In this document: in pieces, positions 58,944-64,000 of the stretch
Position numbering within the stretch: position 1 is the first letter of the stretch
How the letters are laid out: each line of letters begins with the position of its first letter
From: Octopus vulgaris
Lineage: Eukaryota
Assembly (NCBI GenBank): GCA_951406725.2
Contig: OX597826.1
Coordinates: forward strand, 34,286,001-34,350,000
Direction: 5' to 3'
Length of the DNA: 64,000 bases
Notes under the pieces: model-generated
The model's input: the letters and a program-made list of their open reading frames with translations, nothing else
What the model was told of the DNA's origin: nothing
Databases searched by the model: none
Made by a program: the position numbers and the translations under genes

Positions 58944-59014
<71 letters not shown>

Positions 59015-59202
59015 AAATTAGAGAATGGAGAAACATACTTAAATCAATAAAACATCAACTATCCGATGATACTCAATCCATACTTTAATACACCATTACA
59101 TAGGAGTAAAGGCAATATATAAAATGAAATGAGATATACAGTAATAGTAAAAGTAAAAAGATAAAGAGATATAAGTAAAAAATTACAAATACAATATGCA
59201 AA

Positions 59203-59330
59203 TAAATCAAAACTGACAGCTGTTTCGGCAGTGAGGACAGTCATACCTCATTTAACCTATAAGCCATAAAGGCAGGTATAAATGAGGCATTAACAAAGAT
59301 GCCCCACGGCCTCTTCAGAGAATTAAATTA
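59203..59330 (-). ncRNA. Type I hammerhead ribozyme with intact core and greatly extended stem II
   Basis: CUGAAGA (59318-59312), G10.1-C11.1 pair (59311/59227), GAAA (59226-59223), palindromic CAGCUG (59222-59217), GUC triplet with predicted cleavage between 59215 and 59214. Stem I is interrupted and AU-rich. Confidence 0.8.
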
Positions 59331-59665
59331 AATTTGTTATAATAGTGAAAAATATTATATAATCATATACATATAAATATAAAAATATAAAAAAGTAAAA
59401 TATAAAAACTTATACATCATAATGCTACACTTGTATAATATAATACACATTTGTACAAAAAGGAAGGTAACCAGAACAAAATAAAACAAAATATATAACA
59501 GTGTATATATAATATTAATAAGTACCGATATCATACATATTTAGCTAATAGTTTTTTTTATAAAAAAAAAAAGGGCTAACACATATGGAGATGAAAAATA
59601 ATAATAATTAAATCCGTGGTACAGTTCATAAAATTCTAAAGCTATAAAAGTTAATAAAAATTACT

Positions 59666-59699
<34 letters not shown>

Positions 59700-61422
59700 G
59701 TAATAATAATAAAAAATAATAAAAATAGATACAGTTAAGTTATCACCAAGTCCATCCTTCCAAGATCGAAATAACTATGAGTTAAGAAATGCTGACCACT
59801 AGGTAAAGAAAATTTAGATTAATTCGATTGGCTATTGGTTTGAAATTTAAATCACAAAAGAAAATTATACGGTTGGTTAGTCAGGGAACGCCAATATTCA
59901 CACACGCATCTACAGATCAATCGCACATACACACATAGTTATATGTATATACATACACTTGTACATATACATAATCATAAGCAACAACTAACACTTAGAT
60001 AAACAAATAGGGAAGCAACCATGCTAACACTAAGTCCTTCAAAATTATAACTGAGCCTCAATAACAAAAAAAGAACCATCCATGCATTCTATAAAATATT
60101 TAATTAAGATATAAATGTATTTTTAAATATCAGTATGTTACTAATTCAGATAATTATTTCATGGGTAACTTAAAATTTATAACACCGGTTTGTTGCAGAG
60201 TAAACATACGGTTGTTAGGTTTATCGTAAGTTTGTTATGATTTAAAGTACGCTAAATTATAAAATATAAAATATATTAATTTAGATATTATAAATAAGTC
60301 ACTTATTAACTTAATAAATATAGTGCCAAAATATACCAGTTTAGGCAATAAAAAATAGAGGGGGAAGTATTAATGTAAACGCTTATGAGAACATCACAGA
60401 AATTTTAAATAAATTTTATATTATAAAGACTTAAGATGAAAAGAGATAAAATAAATAAAAAGGAATAAATACGAAGGAATAAATACGGTTATACACATAA
60501 TTATAAGTACAAACTAGTATATATGTATTCATATATTATTAAAATTAAATAAAAATAAATGATAGATATGTATGTATAAAACTACACCAGTATAAGTAAA
60601 TAAGTAAAGAATAAATAGGTAACAAATTAAATGACTTGATATGTATGTAAACATCCACACTTAAATAGGCAAATAAATAAATAAATAGAAGACTAGATGC
60701 AAATATTGATAATATTACAATAAAATGGGAAATAAATAAAAATAAATAAAGTGAATATATATATTTTATATTGTTGAAAGTAAATATGTATGGAAGGATA
60801 GTTTAAAGTACAGATCCAGAGGACTATAGATATAAACTAAATATATGAGGCTGGTAACAATTATAAAGCAAAATGCATGTAAATGAGAAAATGAAAAAAA
60901 TGAAAAAGGTTTATCAGTGAATAGCATAAGATACAAATTAAGGTGAGTACAAAAAGACCAAATATATAATAAAAACCTTCCAAATCAGCACATACAAAAA
61001 ACCCATAATCTCAACCTAAACCCACCAAACTCACAAAAGGCTCTCATATATTACATATTATACAATATCATTACATTATCCAGAGCTAGGTATCTAACCA
61101 AGATATACATATATACTTTGCAATATACTATGCAATATTGGAAAACTTCAAAAATCACACATTACAAGGCAAATACCAAAATGAATATGTTATTTTATGT
61201 CATATTGCATTTCTCTTAAAAAAAAAACAACAAAAACCCACATACAAAAACCAAGAAACCAATAATACTAGACACATCCAATTAGTTATTATACAAATGT
61301 AGCTATAAAAATTATAAAATTATGAAATTTATAAATTGTATACTTTAGAATTATAGAAGACCACAGGTATATTTAGTTAAAGAAGGGAATTAAAAAATTG
61401 ATAATAGTGGAAGTGCTAAGTT

Positions 61423-62906
61423 CTATTTGAATCTAGAAAAGGTGAACGGTAGCCTATGAATACAAAAGAAGTTTTTCTCATTAATGTTGTTAATAATTTG
61501 CCGACCCGCTTTAATAATGAAGAAAATTTCATTAATACATAGAGAGCATTTTTTATTTTTTCCATTATACACAGGTGCTGAAGTTAGTATTTTCCAGTTT
61601 AATCTAAAATCTAAGTTCTTACTTTTAAGTTCCCAAATATATGCACTTAGCCCTGTAGAGTACATTCTATTTTTATTCCTAAAAGTATATCTATGATAAT
61701 TCCATCTTTGTTTTATGCTATTCATAGTTGCCCCGATATACACTCTACTACTCAATTGTGTATCTACAGTGCATTGGTAAACTACCTCCTTCCTGAGGCA
61801 TTGATTACCAAATACACATTTATTTTTATTTCTGCAATTACAAAGATTAACAGAATGAGGAAATCTAAGATTGGACACCACCCCTATACTACTATTCACA
61901 TTATAAGTGTTACAATTGTTATCATCATCCAAACCCAAAATCAACGAATGAGTTAATTCCACATTATCGGCTATATTCCTATCACTAGTACTAGTATTGG
62001 TAGTAGTGGTATGATCTATTACATTTATATTATCTCTGACAGGTATGGTGCACTCATTATTAGTAAGGAGGTTGCTTCCATTTGTTCCAAGAAAATTTCT
62101 ATTCCTATTATTAATGAAGAGGGGCAAGTTTTCCTGGTCTAAATTCAATTTTCTATCCTTATAGAAGTGATCCAGTTTCTTGTTATTAAAAGAGGAGATG
62201 ATGGTGGCTAGATTATGAGTAATGCTATATCCCACTCTAACAGTACCGTTGTTAATTAAAGGACTAAATTTATTCCTATCCTTACCAAAATGCCTAAAAA
62301 TAATATTATGCAAAGCTCTCACTATGTTTGTTTTAATCTGCATTGCATACGGGATAATCAACCAAAGAGTATCCTTATCAGAATTAGGATTGCCTATAGA
62401 ATTAATGTTATTTGTAAAAATCCTATTCGTAGACCAACTCATAGGATTACTATTCTTACCACTGTCATTGTTATGTCTATCTATATCAATATTACCATGG
62501 TTATTGCGCAAGTAAACTTTACCATTATCATGTCTACCATAAGTTTTAATTCGTATATTATTATTAATATTACTACTACTACTCGTATGTTTAGATCTAT
62601 TTGAGCTACCGTTCACCTTTCCAAGGTTAACGTCACTTCTACATTTATTATAGGTGTTATCATATATTCTGTTTTTACTATTCTTATGTATATTGTTGAT
62701 TATCCTAAATCTATTTGTGTTGTTCTTGATAGTTCTACCTCCATTAGGGGGTTCCCCTTAGGTATAAACCAAATCTTACTTTTATATCCTGCCTTAAGTA
62801 ATGCTGCATTGTATCTATCACAGTGTTTGTTAAAAATTTCCTCGTTTGAGGATAAACTAGAAATTCTTTGACTAATGCTACGCACTAGTGCATTTTTAAT
62901 TTGAGA
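61423..62906 (-). pseudogene. PLE polyprotein C-terminus: RT thumb, Cys linker and GIY-YIG endonuclease; one frameshift
   Basis: Thumb SQIKNALVRSISQRISSLSSNEEIFNK..YNAALLKAGY (frame of 62700-62945). A second frame is open from 62757 to 61423 with WLIIPY..KTNI, CNCRNKNKC..C, VVY..YIGAT..KQRW..H, LSAYIWELK, CSLC..E, IN..E..CIH. Frameshift lies within ~62703-62757. Confidence 0.88.
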
Positions 62907-64000
62907 TATATATATATATATATACATACATAGATATGTATACATATATATATGTATACATATATATGTATGTGTGTATACATATATATGTTTTATGTGT
63001 GTACGTATGTTTGTATGTATGTATATTCGAGTGTGTCTGTTAGACCTTTTTTGTCCGAACTATAAATGATTGTCCGGGTAACTGATCTAGTCATAAACAA
63101 AGGAAACCAATCGGAACATAGCTGTAAAAATTATATACATTTATAGATATTTTTATTTAAAGCTCTCTTTTATGTTCGATTCTCATTCGTGCTCGTATTC
63201 TCTTGACAGACACAGACATGATAACAGAAATATAATCGATTACTTCTAAATGGTATGTACTCGGAACGAACGCAAAGATCGATGGAGGACCATTGATTTG
63301 GCTATGTTTTAAATCCGTCGGCTTCTCAGTCATTTGTATGCGTTAAATTCATTGCAACAATGTTTTAATGGATTGAATGAGATCAAATTAATGAAGTCAT
63401 TGGCATATGGTATCAAAAGATAAAGTAAAAATGAAAACAAAAAGGAAAACAGACGTGATTGACGAATCAGCGTCGGCGACACCTCTTTGATGTTACATTT
63501 GCATAAGTTCTTCAATAATTCCAATTCAGTTTTGATATTTGTATTGAAAAAATGGTACAACTTTGAGTGTTTTCATGACTTAACGCAGCGGTCTTGGTGA
63601 TTTATTATATTAGCAAGAGCACTCAGGGCTTGGTTATGTCACTAGGTATCATTTACAAGGGATGGCTTGCTTGTGACGAGATCATTCTTCAACGAAGTAT
63701 TTTGAATGCAACGATGGCAATTGGCAGTGTCACCCCAACATCATTGATAAATACTAACCTGAAAAGGGAACACAACCTACACCGCTTTCTAAACACCTTA
63801 CAAACTGTGGTACAATCTCCCAGCCCCACCTCGTATATTGACTGCCTCACACTTCAACCTGTGTGGCACACTTCATCATTGTAACAATGAATATGTTTGG
63901 TCGCAATAACATGCCTGCTTTTATTATCCTCTCAGAGTATTGGTTTCCTTTGTTCGGCCTAAACCATGCTCGTGTGCAAACATGTCTCATGTTCCATCTC

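Larger units (their letters stand above)
59013..62906 (-). mobile_element. 5'-truncated Penelope-like retroelement with C-terminal GIY-YIG endonuclease (probably Hydra-clade type), between (TA)n arrays
   Basis: RT thumb and GIY-YIG ORF at one end, same-strand hammerhead ~200 nt from the other end, and (TA)n at 58948-59012 and from 62906. Membership of the 2.4-kb non-coding part is inferred. Confidence 0.8.

Noticed and set aside
61423-62906. Selenocysteine recoding as in some Naiad PLEs
   Set aside because: Endonuclease is C-terminal and the long frame has no in-frame TGA; the break is a frameshift.

Overview
AT-rich, microsatellite-dense animal DNA with no host gene I can support. Nearly all ORFs in the track are translations of simple repeats. 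The repeat complement resembles an octopus/coleoid cephalopod genome; this is an inference from recalled SINE families and repeat density, not verified. Recognisable content is almost all transposable elements: two 5'-truncated CR1/L2-group LINEs, a decayed RTE LINE ending in three C2H2 fingers, a decayed mariner, three adjacent R4/Dong-like pieces next to (TAA)n, a non-autonomous Helitron, several tRNA-type SINEs (one a multimer inside a single 14-bp TSD), and a 5'-truncated Penelope-like element (PLE; RT thumb plus C-terminal GIY-YIG) between two (TA)n arrays. The most interesting signal is RNA-structural. The PLE 3' end carries a hammerhead ribozyme with an intact core, a palindromic stem III and an 85-nt branched stem II. 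At least four unrelated, non-coding fold-back modules sit in or next to (TA)n tracts, each with an outward-reading variant or degenerate hammerhead motif. All folds were read by eye, not computed.
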